The notes: a model not told the origin generated them from the letters alone. A stretch of 59,006 nucleotides of DNA from Nitrospirota bacterium (GCA_040758355.1 JBFLWF010000015.1:1-59006); one strand, 5' to 3'; positions 10,504 to 20,499 are shown, numbered from the stretch's first letter. Made by a program: numbers and translations.

Positions 10504-12528
10504 CTAAGTTATCGGTATTTCCACGGTAAAGATACTTCCCTTTGGATTATTGTCCCTGACAAGTATCCTTCCTCCGTGGTCCGATACTATTTTATGTGCA
10601 ATAGCAAGGCCGAGCCCTGTTCCGTCCTTTCTTTTCGAGAAATACGGGATAAAAAGCTTCGCCTTTTCCTCATCGCTTATGCCGGGCCCTTTATCTGCTA
10701 TATCGATGATTACTTTATTTTCATCCATCTTCACGGAAATATCAATGGTTCCCGTGTTGTTCATGGCCTTTATGGCATTGTCTATAATATTTATCAAAAC
10801 CCTTTTAATTTGCTCTGAGTCAACATTGACCATTGGGATTTCATTCTGTACAGTGATATTTATATCTACGTCTTTAAACCCTTTGTATAAGGATGCCACG
10901 TCATCTATCGACTCTGTCAGGTTCGAAGGGGCCTTGTTTACTTCAGGCATCCTTCCGTATCTGGAGAAAACATCGACAAGCCTTTTGAGGCTTTCCACCT
11001 CTGCGATTATGGTATTTGTCGACTTCTTGAAAACAGCATCGAAATCCTCGTCCCTCTGCTGCCATTTTTTTATTAATCTCTCTGTGGACAGCTTGATGGG
11101 TGTCAACGGGTTTTTAATCTCATGGGCCATCCTCCTTGCCACTTCCTGCCATGTTATCACCTTCTGTGCCTGGATAATATCGGTGAGGTCGTCAAACACC
11201 ACGAGCATGCCCAGTGAGCGGGATGTGTATGATTCCCGTATGCCTGATATATAGATTATGAGGGTGAGCATTTTCCCGTCTATATTGACCTTGACCTCCT
11301 TCTTGACTTCCCTTATTTCCTTGCCTTCCATATCCCTGACCATCGCGGACAGGTCTTCGGAATGAAGGCCTGAAATAAACTCCTTATAGTTTTTGCCGAT
11401 TACATCTTCCTGCTTTATACTGAGAATGGAACATGCTGACTTATTAATTGTCAGCATTCTGCCGGCGTTATCGAGGAATATCACGCCTGAATTAATGTTT
11501 TCAAGGATGTTTTCGAGGTAGAGCCTTCTCCTGTCAGATTCAATGTATGCCTTTTCAAGGGAATCCTTGCCCTCTTTCAACTGCTTTACCATCTGGTTAA
11601 AGGAGTTTATTAAAAGACCAACTTCGTCCTCGCTTCTCACATCAACATGGACATTCAGGTCTCCCGATGCCACCGTTTCTGTTGCCATTGCAAGGCTCTG
11701 TATGGGGATGGTAATGCCCCGTGATATTTTTAACGAGACCCACAGCCCTGTAAAAACTATCATAAGGGTTAGGAAACCGAGTATCAGTATGTAATTGAGC
11801 CTCAACGGTTCTTTGAAGGATTCGAGCTTTAAGTAGTCTTCATAAAGGCTCTGTATTTTTTCTGTCTTTTCAGAAAACGTCAGCGGAAGAACGAGCTCCA
11901 CTACAACCACACCCCCCTTTGAACGGTCAGGGACTGCAGCCCTTATAATGTCTCCGCTCTCCCTTGAAATGACTTCAGAGCCTTCTTTGCCGCGAAAGGC
12001 ATCTTTAATGGTATCGGTTGCATCAGGTGGCAGTACGGAATATCTGTGAATGGACATATCGGACATGATAGACTGTTTGCCGTTAGAAATCTGTCTTGCG
12101 GTTTCCATAACCCTTTCCCTTTCGAGGTCATAGAATGCCCTTGCGAGTTCAACCGACTTGTTAAACGGTTCTCTCATCTGTGGAGAGAATATTTTGCTGA
12201 TGTAATTGGTTGCGAGACCGCTTGCTGCTACAAAGAGAAATGCCGACGGTATCAAAGTGAGGATAACGAATATGGCCATAAGCTTTGTCCTGAACTTGTA
12301 GCCCAATACTCTATGCTGCTTCTCCATGTAGAGCCTGAAGATGTTTTTGCCGACAAAGAATATGAGGGTGAGAAGGGCAAGGATATTAACTGTGAGAAGA
12401 ACTATGAGTAAAATGCGTGTTGTTATGTCCACGGATGGCAGCTTTATAAAGTAAAGCTCTACTGCTGTTATAGCTGCAACTATGAACAGCAGTCCGAACA
12501 CGATTATCAATGGTCTTAGTACCTTCAT
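10504..12528 (-). CDS. ntrY: Membrane sensor histidine kinase, NtrY-like (HAMP, PAS)
   Basis: N-terminal TM helices, HAMP 'DEVGLLINSFNQM', H-box 'WQEVARRMAHEIKNPLTPI', 'GTGLGLAI'. Confidence 0.87.
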   Translation of the reverse strand: MKVLRPLIIVFGLLFIVAAITAVELYFIKLPSVDITTRILLIVLLTVNILALLTLIFFVGKNIFRLYMEKQHRVLGYKFRTKLMAIFVILTLIPSAFLFVAASGLATNYISKIFSPQMREPFNKSVELARAFYDLERERVMETARQISNGKQSIMSDMSIHRYSVLPPDATDTIKDAFRGKEGSEVISRESGDIIRAAVPDRSKGGVVVVELVLPLTFSEKTEKIQSLYEDYLKLESFKEPLRLNYILILGFLTLMIVFTGLWVSLKISRGITIPIQSLAMATETVASGDLNVHVDVRSEDEVGLLINSFNQMVKQLKEGKDSLEKAYIESDRRRLYLENILENINSGVIFLDNAGRMLTINKSACSILSIKQEDVIGKNYKEFISGLHSEDLSAMVRDMEGKEIREVKKEVKVNIDGKMLTLIIYISGIRESYTSRSLGMLVVFDDLTDIIQAQKVITWQEVARRMAHEIKNPLTPIKLSTERLIKKWQQRDEDFDAVFKKSTNTIIAEVESLKRLVDVFSRYGRMPEVNKAPSNLTESIDDVASLYKGFKDVDINITVQNEIPMVNVDSEQIKRVLINIIDNAIKAMNNTGTIDISVKMDENKVIIDIADKGPGISDEEKAKLFIPYFSKRKDGTGLGLAIAHKIVSDHGGRILVRDNNPKGSIFTVEIPIT

Positions 12529-13151
12529 TTTCTGTTTATCTCGAATTTCTGAGAATCCTTTGAGATGCTGAATTCCTTTTCAGGCACAAAGAACAGGAAG
12601 TATCCTATAACCGGGGGCAGTTTTCTTATGCGGGAATCAACAGTAATCTTTACAAAATATTCTCCAGGCTCCAGTTCCTTGATGTTGGTCAGTTTTATGT
12701 CGATAATATTCATCGCCCATTCAACCATCGACTCTAAATCCTTGAATCTCTTCTCGACCTGCACATTGCCGTCAACGCTTGCCGCAATATACTCCCTTTT
12801 TATCGGATTGCTTTTCAATATTTTTACCAGTTTTCTGCCCGTGACAAACTCATCGGGCCAGATGCTCCAGACCCTGAAAAGGTCTATATAGAATGTGAAC
12901 TCTTTAGAGAGCCCGTTGTTCATGTCGTCCATAAACTTCGAGTCAGGCTTTAAAGAGGTTGTAACGTATATGTCATTGCTTTGCAGTTTTACATTAACAG
13001 CAGAGACCTCTGTGGCAAGGCTTGGGACAGCAAAGCAAAAACAGAGCAACAGGGCAGTAGAGCAATAAAGCAGTAGTTTTTTAAGGAATAATTTATTCCA
13101 TAGTTTGATTGTTGCTCTGCTGGTCTGCTGCTCTGTTGCTCTGTTTTTCAT
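12525..13151 (-). CDS. DUF4390-like exported protein
   Basis: Signal-like N-terminus; 'WSIWPDE', 'KLPPVIGYFLFF'; typical position upstream of ntrY; start chosen at ATG 13151. Confidence 0.65.
   Translation of the reverse strand: MKNRATEQQTSRATIKLWNKLFLKKLLLYCSTALLLCFCFAVPSLATEVSAVNVKLQSNDIYVTTSLKPDSKFMDDMNNGLSKEFTFYIDLFRVWSIWPDEFVTGRKLVKILKSNPIKREYIAASVDGNVQVEKRFKDLESMVEWAMNIIDIKLTNIKELEPGEYFVKITVDSRIRKLPPVIGYFLFFVPEKEFSISKDSQKFEINRK
13041..13145. repeat. Inverted pair of octamer arrays (agagcaac-like) within the 5' end of the DUF4390-like gene
   Basis: cagagcaacagggcagtagagcaataaagcagtag ... gttgctctgctggtctgctgctctgttgctctg. Confidence 0.75.
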
Positions 13152-13283
13152 CTTGACATATAAGGGAAAATTTATTTTCATTATAACATAGACATTGATT
13201 TGCGTTTGACGGCAAGTAGATATCAAAACATCTCTACTTGCCTAATGATTAGATTAGCGCACTAAAAGAAGGAGGAGGTAGAT

Positions 13284-13766
13284 ATGGAAACAAGAGCAGT
13301 TAAAATCAATATCCCGGATGGCTGCAACATAATACTCGGGCAGACGCATTTTATTAAAACAGCAGAAGACCTTTATGAAATAATCGCCACAACTGTTCCC
13401 CATGCAAGGTTTGGAATAGCCTTTACAGAGGCTTCTGGGCCATGTCTCATAAGGACAGAAGGCAATGATGACGAACTTATAAGCACATGCGTAAAGAATC
13501 TTCAGGAAATCGGCGCAGGCCACGTGTTCTGCATACTGTTGAAAAATGCATTTCCAATCAATGTCCTTAACCCCATAAAAAACTGTCCCGAGGTCTGCAG
13601 GATATACTGCGCTACTGCAAATCCGCTTGAGGTGCTTGTTGCCTCAACAGAGCAGGGAAATGGTATCATAGGCGTTATTGACGGCTTCCCGCCAAAAGGC
13701 GTGGAGGGCGAAGAAGATAAAAAGAACAGGAAGGAGTTTTTGAGGAAGATAGGATATAAGTTGTGA
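13284..13766 (+). CDS. DUF355 / adenosine-specific kinase family protein
   Basis: '[16 protein letters not shown]', '[10 protein letters not shown]', 'GAGHVF', 'YCATANP', 'GVIDG'. Confidence 0.85.
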   Translation: METRAVKINIPDGCNIILGQTHFIKTAEDLYEIIATTVPHARFGIAFTEASGPCLIRTEGNDDELISTCVKNLQEIGAGHVFCILLKNAFPINVLNPIKNCPEVCRIYCATANPLEVLVASTEQGNGIIGVIDGFPPKGVEGEEDKKNRKEFLRKIGYKL

Positions 13767-13770
13767 CAAA

Positions 13771-13824
13771 ACTTTATTCTTTACTGACAAAATAAAGGCG
13801 GGTGAAACTTTATGGGAAAAATGA
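13771..13824 (+). pseudogene. 3' remnant of a toxin-like gene upstream of the DUF2283-like gene
   Basis: Reads TLFFTDKIKAGETLWEK* with no start, overlapping the next ATG; resembles C-termini of DUF2283 partner toxins. Confidence 0.5.
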
Positions 13825-14039
13825 AGATATGGTATGACGAGGAAGGAGATTATCTTGAGATAGGCTTCGGGAAAAAGAAAGGCTGCATGAAGGATATAGG
13901 AAATGATATGTGGGAAAGGATTGAGGAGGGTAAGGTTACCGGCATACCTATTCTAAATTTCAATAAAAGGCTTAAGAAAGGGAAGTCTGAAGTAAGACTT
14001 CCTTTAGAGGTGAGTTTTAAGGAAGTGGTGAACAAGTGA
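13812..14039 (+). CDS. DUF2283-like putative antitoxin
   Basis: 'MKIWYDEEGDYLEI...GKVTGIPILNF' pattern, 75 aa. Confidence 0.75.
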   Translation: MGKMKIWYDEEGDYLEIGFGKKKGCMKDIGNDMWERIEEGKVTGIPILNFNKRLKKGKSEVRLPLEVSFKEVVNK

Positions 14040-14162
14040 AATGAGCGGTTTATGAAAGAATTGTCTGACAGTCATATTGATAAGATTGTAAGCCTTTTAG
14101 AAAAAGGCAAGTTAAAGGTATAATCATCCTTACGATATTTTAATAAGGAGATAGTGTAAGTA

Positions 14163-15803
14163 ATGGCGACGCTGAGCTTTAAAGGCAAGACCTTTGTTCA
14201 GAATCATCACCTGTCGGTGAAGTATCATCAGCTTATACCGAGGAAAGAGAAAAGCCTTACCGATAAGGTCAACCTCAATGACAATCTGATAATCCACGGA
14301 GACAATCTTATAGCTCTGAAAGCCCTCCTTCCCACTTATGCAGGAAAAGTGAAGTGTATCTACATAGACCCGCCTTACAATACAGGCAATGAGAAATGGG
14401 TCTATAACGACAATGTCAACTCGCCGATGATGCAGGAATGGCTTGGTAAGGTTGTAGACAAAGAAGACTTCACCCGCCACGATAAATGGCTCTGCATGAT
14501 GATGCCGAGATTGAAGTTGTTGAGGGAGTTGCTTGCTGATGATGGAGTGATATTTATAAGTATAGAAAATAACGAAGTCCATCATCTAATAATGCTTATG
14601 GACGAAATATTTCAAGGTAATTTTGTAGGCAACTTAATTTGGAGGAAAAAAGAGGGAGGCGGACAAACAGACCAATACTTCGTCACAGAACATGAGTATA
14701 TTCTTGTTTATGCCAAATCTCCTGCATTTCAGTGGCTTGATGAAACAATTCCAATAGATGAAGCTAAATTCAATAAGAAAGATGAAAACGGTAAATTTGA
14801 TGCAGTAAAACTTGCAAAGTGGGGAAGCGGCGCTCGCAGAGAAGACCGACCTTCAATGTATTTCCCTATCAAATCTCCTGATGGCAAAAACATATATCCA
14901 AAAGCGCCCGATGGAAGTGAAGGCAGATGGAGAGTCGGGAAAATAAGAATGGATAATCTGATTGACAATGACCTTATTTATTGGGAAAAGAAGAATGGCG
15001 AGTGGATTCCTTATGAAAAAATTTATTACCAAGAAGAAGCGGTTAAGAAAATTAAAGAGAGAAGCATTCTATACGAACTGGCTAATACAGGGGATGCTAC
15101 AAAAATGCTGACGAATATATTCGGCAAGAAAGATGTATTTGAAAATGCAAAGCCACTAGAATTAGTAAAATTCCTTATTAGCCATACCACTGATAAAAAT
15201 TCCATTATTCTCGACTCCTTTGCCGGCTCAGGCACAACCGCCCATGCAGTATTAGACCTAAACAATGAGGACGGCGGGAATCGCAAGTTTATTTTAGTTG
15301 AATGTGAGGATTATGCGGATAAGATTACTGCTGAGAGGGTCAGGCGGGTTATTAAAGGTGTTAAAACAGCAAAGGACGAGAAGCTCAAAAAAGGGCTTGG
15401 CGGGACTTTTAGTTACTTTGAACTCGGCGAGCCTATTGAGATGGAAAGCATCTTGGAGGGCAAGAAGCTGCCTGATTATATGGAGCTTGCACGATATATT
15501 TTTTACACAGCCACAGGAGAGGAATTTAATCCTTCCAAAGTAAAGCAGGACAAGAACTTCATCGGCGAAACAGAAGACCACGAGGTGTATCTCTTTTATG
15601 AGCCTGATATAGAAAAACTTAAGAAATTAGCTCTCACCCTTGATACTGCAAAGAAGCTTGGGACATTCAGAGGAAAGAAGCGGCTGGTCTTTGCCCCTGC
15701 CAAATATCTTGACCTCAATGATGCAGACCTGATCGAAAAGCACGGCCTGAAGGGGATTGAATACTGCCAACTGCCTTTTGAGATTTACAAGATGAGGGGG
15801 TGA
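14163..15803 (+). CDS. mod: Type III restriction-modification methyltransferase (Mod)
   Basis: 'LIIHGDNL', motif IV 'YIDPPYN', motif I 'LDSFAGSGTT' in beta order, 'GGNRKFILVE'. Confidence 0.92.
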   Translation: MATLSFKGKTFVQNHHLSVKYHQLIPRKEKSLTDKVNLNDNLIIHGDNLIALKALLPTYAGKVKCIYIDPPYNTGNEKWVYNDNVNSPMMQEWLGKVVDKEDFTRHDKWLCMMMPRLKLLRELLADDGVIFISIENNEVHHLIMLMDEIFQGNFVGNLIWRKKEGGGQTDQYFVTEHEYILVYAKSPAFQWLDETIPIDEAKFNKKDENGKFDAVKLAKWGSGARREDRPSMYFPIKSPDGKNIYPKAPDGSEGRWRVGKIRMDNLIDNDLIYWEKKNGEWIPYEKIYYQEEAVKKIKERSILYELANTGDATKMLTNIFGKKDVFENAKPLELVKFLISHTTDKNSIILDSFAGSGTTAHAVLDLNNEDGGNRKFILVECEDYADKITAERVRRVIKGVKTAKDEKLKKGLGGTFSYFELGEPIEMESILEGKKLPDYMELARYIFYTATGEEFNPSKVKQDKNFIGETEDHEVYLFYEPDIEKLKKLALTLDTAKKLGTFRGKKRLVFAPAKYLDLNDADLIEKHGLKGIEYCQLPFEIYKMRG

Positions 15804-15804
15804 G

Positions 15805-17271
15805 ATGCCTAAAGAAGATTTGATAAATAATATCCTCTCAATTCCTTCAGAGTCCCGCACACTTGAGTTTAAACGTTTGGGCAGCAGAAACGAGGGTGTT
15901 GACAGAACTCTTCAATCAATCGTTGCAATGGCTAATACTGATGGCGGAGTCATTATTTTTGGAGTTGACGATCCTCAGAAAACAACCAAAAAAGGATTTG
16001 ATAGGATTTTAGGCATAGAGGAGAATCTTGAGTTGTTTGATGAGATTGGACGCGCAGTTAAAAAAATCTCACCTCCGCTCTCAGGTATTTGGCCGCCTGA
16101 TTTATTTGAAATCACCGATAAAAATGTTCGCATAGGCTTACTCGGCATTCCCAAAGTTGGCGACGGGTTCCGGTCAATTGAAAATCATGTATATATCCGG
16201 CAGGAGAAAGGCAACAAAAGACTTTCTCCTCAGGAAATTGTTCATTTTGCCTATGTAAAGGGATTTGAAAGAGCAGATAAGGAACTGGTTAAAGTAGACT
16301 TTAACTTACTAAAGACTCATTACTATGAATCATGGCGGAGGAAGCGCGGCATCAGTGAAGATTCCATTGAAACTGTTTTGGAAAAAACCGGACTTGCAAG
16401 AAAAGATGCGCACGGCAGATTGCTGCCAACACGGGCAGCAGTTTTATTATTTGCTGAATTCCCTAACGACCTTCTTGATACAAAATGCACAATAAGAATT
16501 TTTCAATATGAAGGCAATTTAGAGACTATTCAAGAAACTTTAAATCTCATAGGAACTCCTAAAACCATAGATGGTCCGGTAATTAAACAAATTACCGAAG
16601 CTCATGAATATGTCTTGACATTATTACGCACAGGAATTAGAGTTCCATCGGGATTTGTAACGACATATCGAATACCGGAAAGAGCGATTAAGGAAGCTAT
16701 CACCAATGCAGTTATCCATCGTGATTATCACACTAAAAGAGATATAGAAATAAGAATTTTTGAAGATAGAATTGAAATTGAAAGCCCGGGCTTATTTCCA
16801 TACAATATTACTCCCTCAAACATTGGCTGTGAAAGAGCACACGGCTATCGAAATGATCTTTTAGTAAAGCATCTAAGAGAATTCCCTGACCCGCCTAATC
16901 TTGATCAGAACGAAGGGGTTAGGGCAATGCGTCAGGCAATGAATCAAGCCAATCTTTATCCGCCGATTTTTTTCACTTATCCACATTTGCAGGATGCTAT
17001 TCGTGTCGTGCTTTTTAATGAAAAAGCCCCCACTGAATGGGATAAAGTTTCTCATTATCTTAAAGCAAATAAATATATTGGTAATAAAGAGGCGCGGCAG
17101 ATTTTACATTTAGACGATTCAGTTAAAGTCTCAAAAATTTTTAATAGATGGGTCAAACAGGGAGTGTTAACTAAGATTGTCCCAAGAACTGGCGCTAAAC
17201 GAAGTGTTCGATACAGACTGCCTTCTGCCGATGAGAAGGGTTATTTATTTGCCACAGATAAAAGTAAATAA
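15805..17271 (+). CDS. AlbA_2 (Schlafen-like) + HATPase_c_4 + winged-HTH protein
   Basis: 'ESRTLEFKR', 'AMANTDGGVIIFGV', 'EAITNAVIHRDY', 'DRIEIESPG', C-terminal wHTH-like segment. Confidence 0.85.
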   Translation: MPKEDLINNILSIPSESRTLEFKRLGSRNEGVDRTLQSIVAMANTDGGVIIFGVDDPQKTTKKGFDRILGIEENLELFDEIGRAVKKISPPLSGIWPPDLFEITDKNVRIGLLGIPKVGDGFRSIENHVYIRQEKGNKRLSPQEIVHFAYVKGFERADKELVKVDFNLLKTHYYESWRRKRGISEDSIETVLEKTGLARKDAHGRLLPTRAAVLLFAEFPNDLLDTKCTIRIFQYEGNLETIQETLNLIGTPKTIDGPVIKQITEAHEYVLTLLRTGIRVPSGFVTTYRIPERAIKEAITNAVIHRDYHTKRDIEIRIFEDRIEIESPGLFPYNITPSNIGCERAHGYRNDLLVKHLREFPDPPNLDQNEGVRAMRQAMNQANLYPPIFFTYPHLQDAIRVVLFNEKAPTEWDKVSHYLKANKYIGNKEARQILHLDDSVKVSKIFNRWVKQGVLTKIVPRTGAKRSVRYRLPSADEKGYLFATDKSK

Positions 17272-17530
17272 AATTAAACTATATGATTTATAAGCCTTTT
17301 ATGAGAGTTTATTTTCCATGAATTAAGTTGCAAGCTCAAATGTGGCATTTGCATAGGGGTTTGCAAATGGAAGCGAAAAAACGTTATTTTTACAGTAAAT
17401 TCAAGGTGTTAAAGCAGCACTACATTTGTATATGCGGACACATTGCATAAATATGTTTATTTACCAGAGTTGAAAGTAAATAAAATAAAAATCCTTATTT
17501 CATAAGGACTTATTTGGAGTTTATTTTCCA
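17244..17530. repeat. Two degenerate 75-bp direct repeats (17244-17318, 17456-17530) containing palindromes
   Basis: Both read tttattt-N15-aaataaaat...ataag...gagtttattttcca; a related palindrome catttgca-N8-tgcaaatg lies at 17346-17369. Confidence 0.75.
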
Positions 17531-17541
17531 ACGGGGTAGCA

Positions 17542-20055
17542 ATGGAACTTAAGGAATATCAGAAAAAGACCTTAGATCTGGTCAAGAGCTATCTCGATTC
17601 TCTTGCCGAATACAGGGGCAAGTATGAAAAGCTTATAGCCGATGACCCAGACCTTGCCATAGACTTTCCTTTTAAGGCTTGGGAAAGGGTTATTGGAACA
17701 TCCTTTCATTCAAGCAAGAACGGACTCGGCGAACCCCTCCCTGACTTTTACCTGAAAATTCCCACTGGCGGCGGAAAGACCATCCTCGCCTGCCATGCCA
17801 TTGATCTGATTAACAGGACTTATTTAAAGAAGCAAACGGGGATTGTCCTCTGGATAGTGCCGACCACCCAAATATATAGGCAGACATTTTCCAATCTGAA
17901 AAACCGTGAACACCCTTATAGACAGGTATTGGACATTTCAAGCGGTGGAAGAACTCTGATTTTAGAGAAGCTGGATAAGTTTACACCTTTGGATGTAGAG
18001 GAAAATCTTGTGGTGATGCTTTTGATGCTCCCCTCTGCAAGCAGGCAGAACAAGGAGACATTGAAGGTATTCAAGGACAGCGGCGGTTTTACTCAATTTT
18101 TCCCTCCTGAAGACGCAATAGAGCAGCAAAAAGACCTCTTAGAGAAATTCCCGAATCTGGATTTTTTTGGAAGAGAAAGTGATTTCTTCGGCAGGATGGC
18201 AAGGACATCTCTTGGGAATACCCTGAGACTACTTAACCCCATAATCATTATTGACGAAGGCCATAAGGCTTATACTGAAACAGCCCGTGATACAATCAGA
18301 GGTTTCAACCCTTCAATAATTGTTGAGCTTTCCGCCACGCCGCCAAAGAGCACAAATCTTCTGGTAAACATCAGCGGACAGGCTCTTAACAGGGAGGAAA
18401 TGATTAAGCTTGATCTGAACATCATCAATAAATCAAGTCCTGATTGGAAAGACGTAATGCTTGCCTCAAAAGAGAAAAGAGATTTCTTGGAGCGCAAGGC
18501 AAAGGAGTACGAGGCGAACACCGGTGAATATATACGTCCTATCTGTCTGGTTCAGGCAGAAAGGACAGGCAAAGAGCAGAGGGGGACAAAATATATTCAT
18601 GCAGAGGATGTCAAAGAATATCTGATTAAGCAGTGTGGCGTATCGGAAAATGAGATAGCCATCAAAAGCAGTGAAAAAGATGACATAGAAGGCATGGACC
18701 TTTTAAGCCGTGATTGCGAGATCAGATATATCATTACCAAGCAGGCATTGCAGGAAGGATGGGACTGTGCCTTTGCATATATTCTTACAATATTGACAAA
18801 TCCCGGTTCCCAGTTAAGCATCACGCAGCTTGTAGGAAGAATTCTCAGGCAGTATAAAGCCCGCAAAACCAAAGTCAAAGACCTTGATGAGAGCTATGTC
18901 TTTTGCCATAGGCCGAAAGCAGGCGTACTTTTGGAGAGCATAAAGAAGGGTTTTGAGAATGAGGGGCTGGGCGATTTGGCTTCAAGGGTGACTGTTAAAG
19001 AGGGTGATACTGCCTTAGAGGATGCTACAAAGGAAAAGATTGTCAGATACAGAGACAAATTCAAAGTATTTGAGGGCAAAGTCTATCTGCCTAAATTTGT
19101 GATTCAGGAAAGAGGCGGCTGGCGGGACATTAACTATGACATGGACATTTTAAGCAGGATAAACTGGAATGATGCGGACTTAAAACCGGTAAAAGGCCTT
19201 CCACTCGGGGAGAAAAAATTAAGGGATGAAGAAATAACGGTTGGGCTGAGCGAGGATGTAAAAGAACTTCTTGAAAGAAAGAGCAGCATAGAAAGACATG
19301 GTGGGTTGAAGCTTGACCACGTTCTTATGACAAGGCAGTTGCTGGATATTATCCCAAATCCCTGGATTGCCCATGATATCGGGAAAGAGGTTCTGGCTGC
19401 CTTGCTGAAGAATAATAGTAAAGAGAAAGTTACAAATAATCTTGCTTTTATCATTGAAGAAACCCGCAAACAGTTGTTTGAAGAACGGGACAGGTTATCC
19501 GAGAAAATATTCAGAGATTTGATTGACAAGAAAAAGCTCTGGTTTTTTCTTCTATCGGATAAGGGAGGTTATGAACTTCCGCCGAGCATAGCCGTGAAAA
19601 AGAGCAGCAGAAAGCTTATCAGGGACGATCATTCTGAAGTTCAGAGGAGCCTTTTTGATTATGTCCCTGAAGAAGAATTCAATGAGATGGAAAAATCTAT
19701 CGCGATATATCTTGACGAACAGGAAAAGCTTTTATGGTGGTACAGGAATCTTTCAAGACAGGATTATTACATTCAGGGATGGCGAAAGTATAAAATATAT
19801 CCTGATTTTATTTTTACAAAAGCCGATGATACGGGCAAAGATTTTAGCATGGTTTATGTCGTAGAAACAAAAGGCATTCACCTGAAAGGCAGCGAAGACA
19901 CTAAGTATAAGAAAAATGTTTTTAAATTTTGTAATGAATTGGGGAAGAAGATAGAATGGAAAGAACTGAATAAAGAATTTTCAAAAAGGTTAGAGTTTCA
20001 GGTTATTGATGAAAAGGAATGGCAGAGGCGAATAAATGAGATTTTCGGGGTTTAA
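17542..20055 (+). CDS. res: Type III restriction endonuclease subunit (Res), SF2 helicase + PD-(D/E)xK nuclease
   Basis: 'PTGGGKT', 'IIDEGH', 'LSATP', 'ALQEGWD', 'QLVGRILR', C-terminal 'YPDFI...VVETKG'. Confidence 0.92.
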   Translation: MELKEYQKKTLDLVKSYLDSLAEYRGKYEKLIADDPDLAIDFPFKAWERVIGTSFHSSKNGLGEPLPDFYLKIPTGGGKTILACHAIDLINRTYLKKQTGIVLWIVPTTQIYRQTFSNLKNREHPYRQVLDISSGGRTLILEKLDKFTPLDVEENLVVMLLMLPSASRQNKETLKVFKDSGGFTQFFPPEDAIEQQKDLLEKFPNLDFFGRESDFFGRMARTSLGNTLRLLNPIIIIDEGHKAYTETARDTIRGFNPSIIVELSATPPKSTNLLVNISGQALNREEMIKLDLNIINKSSPDWKDVMLASKEKRDFLERKAKEYEANTGEYIRPICLVQAERTGKEQRGTKYIHAEDVKEYLIKQCGVSENEIAIKSSEKDDIEGMDLLSRDCEIRYIITKQALQEGWDCAFAYILTILTNPGSQLSITQLVGRILRQYKARKTKVKDLDESYVFCHRPKAGVLLESIKKGFENEGLGDLASRVTVKEGDTALEDATKEKIVRYRDKFKVFEGKVYLPKFVIQERGGWRDINYDMDILSRINWNDADLKPVKGLPLGEKKLRDEEITVGLSEDVKELLERKSSIERHGGLKLDHVLMTRQLLDIIPNPWIAHDIGKEVLAALLKNNSKEKVTNNLAFIIEETRKQLFEERDRLSEKIFRDLIDKKKLWFFLLSDKGGYELPPSIAVKKSSRKLIRDDHSEVQRSLFDYVPEEEFNEMEKSIAIYLDEQEKLLWWYRNLSRQDYYIQGWRKYKIYPDFIFTKADDTGKDFSMVYVVETKGIHLKGSEDTKYKKNVFKFCNELGKKIEWKELNKEFSKRLEFQVIDEKEWQRRINEIFGV

Positions 20056-20107
20056 TTTTCATAGAGATTTTAAATCAGAAATTGAGGCAAGATTGGAGGG
20101 GTAAAAT

Positions 20108-20428
20108 ATGCTGCCAGAACTTAAATACGATGATAAAGGTCTTATCCCAGCCATAATACAGGATGTCGAGAACGGAGATGTGCTGATGATGGCGTATATG
20201 AATGAGGCTTCTTTGAAAATGACCATCAATACAGGCTTTACTCACTTCTGGTCGAGGTCGAGGCAGAAGTACTGGAAAAAGGGCGAGACATCAGGCAATT
20301 TGCAGGAGGTAAGGGAGATATTCTACGATTGCGATGCAGACACGCTTTTGATCAAGGTCAAGCAGCATGGTGGAGTGGCATGCCACACAGGGAATAGGAC
20401 ATGCTTTTACAGAAAGATAGAAAATTGA
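20108..20428 (+). CDS. hisI: Phosphoribosyl-AMP cyclohydrolase
   Basis: 'FWSRSR', 'WKKGETSG', 'DCDADTL', '[10 protein letters not shown]'. Confidence 0.96.
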   Translation: MLPELKYDDKGLIPAIIQDVENGDVLMMAYMNEASLKMTINTGFTHFWSRSRQKYWKKGETSGNLQEVREIFYDCDADTLLIKVKQHGGVACHTGNRTCFYRKIEN

Positions 20429-20499
20429 TAGAAGAAGAAAGGCATCAGCAGGACAATGTATCCGCTTGAATCAAAATAATGGAAGAAGAAAGGCATCAG

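Noticed and set aside
10550..11254. Long antisense ORFs (e.g. 10550-11254, 30397-31014, 41914-42474)
   Set aside because: Shadows of well-supported genes on the opposite strand, with no motifs
14163..15803. Phase-variable mod (phasevarion)
   Set aside because: No simple-sequence repeat tract seen in the ORF or its 5' region
15805..17271. RecG helicase (common auto-annotation)
   Set aside because: No SF2 helicase motifs; the domains are AlbA_2, HATPase_c_4 and wHTH
17244..17530. Direct repeats as a CRISPR array
   Set aside because: Only two degenerate 75-bp copies, no regular spacers, no cas genes
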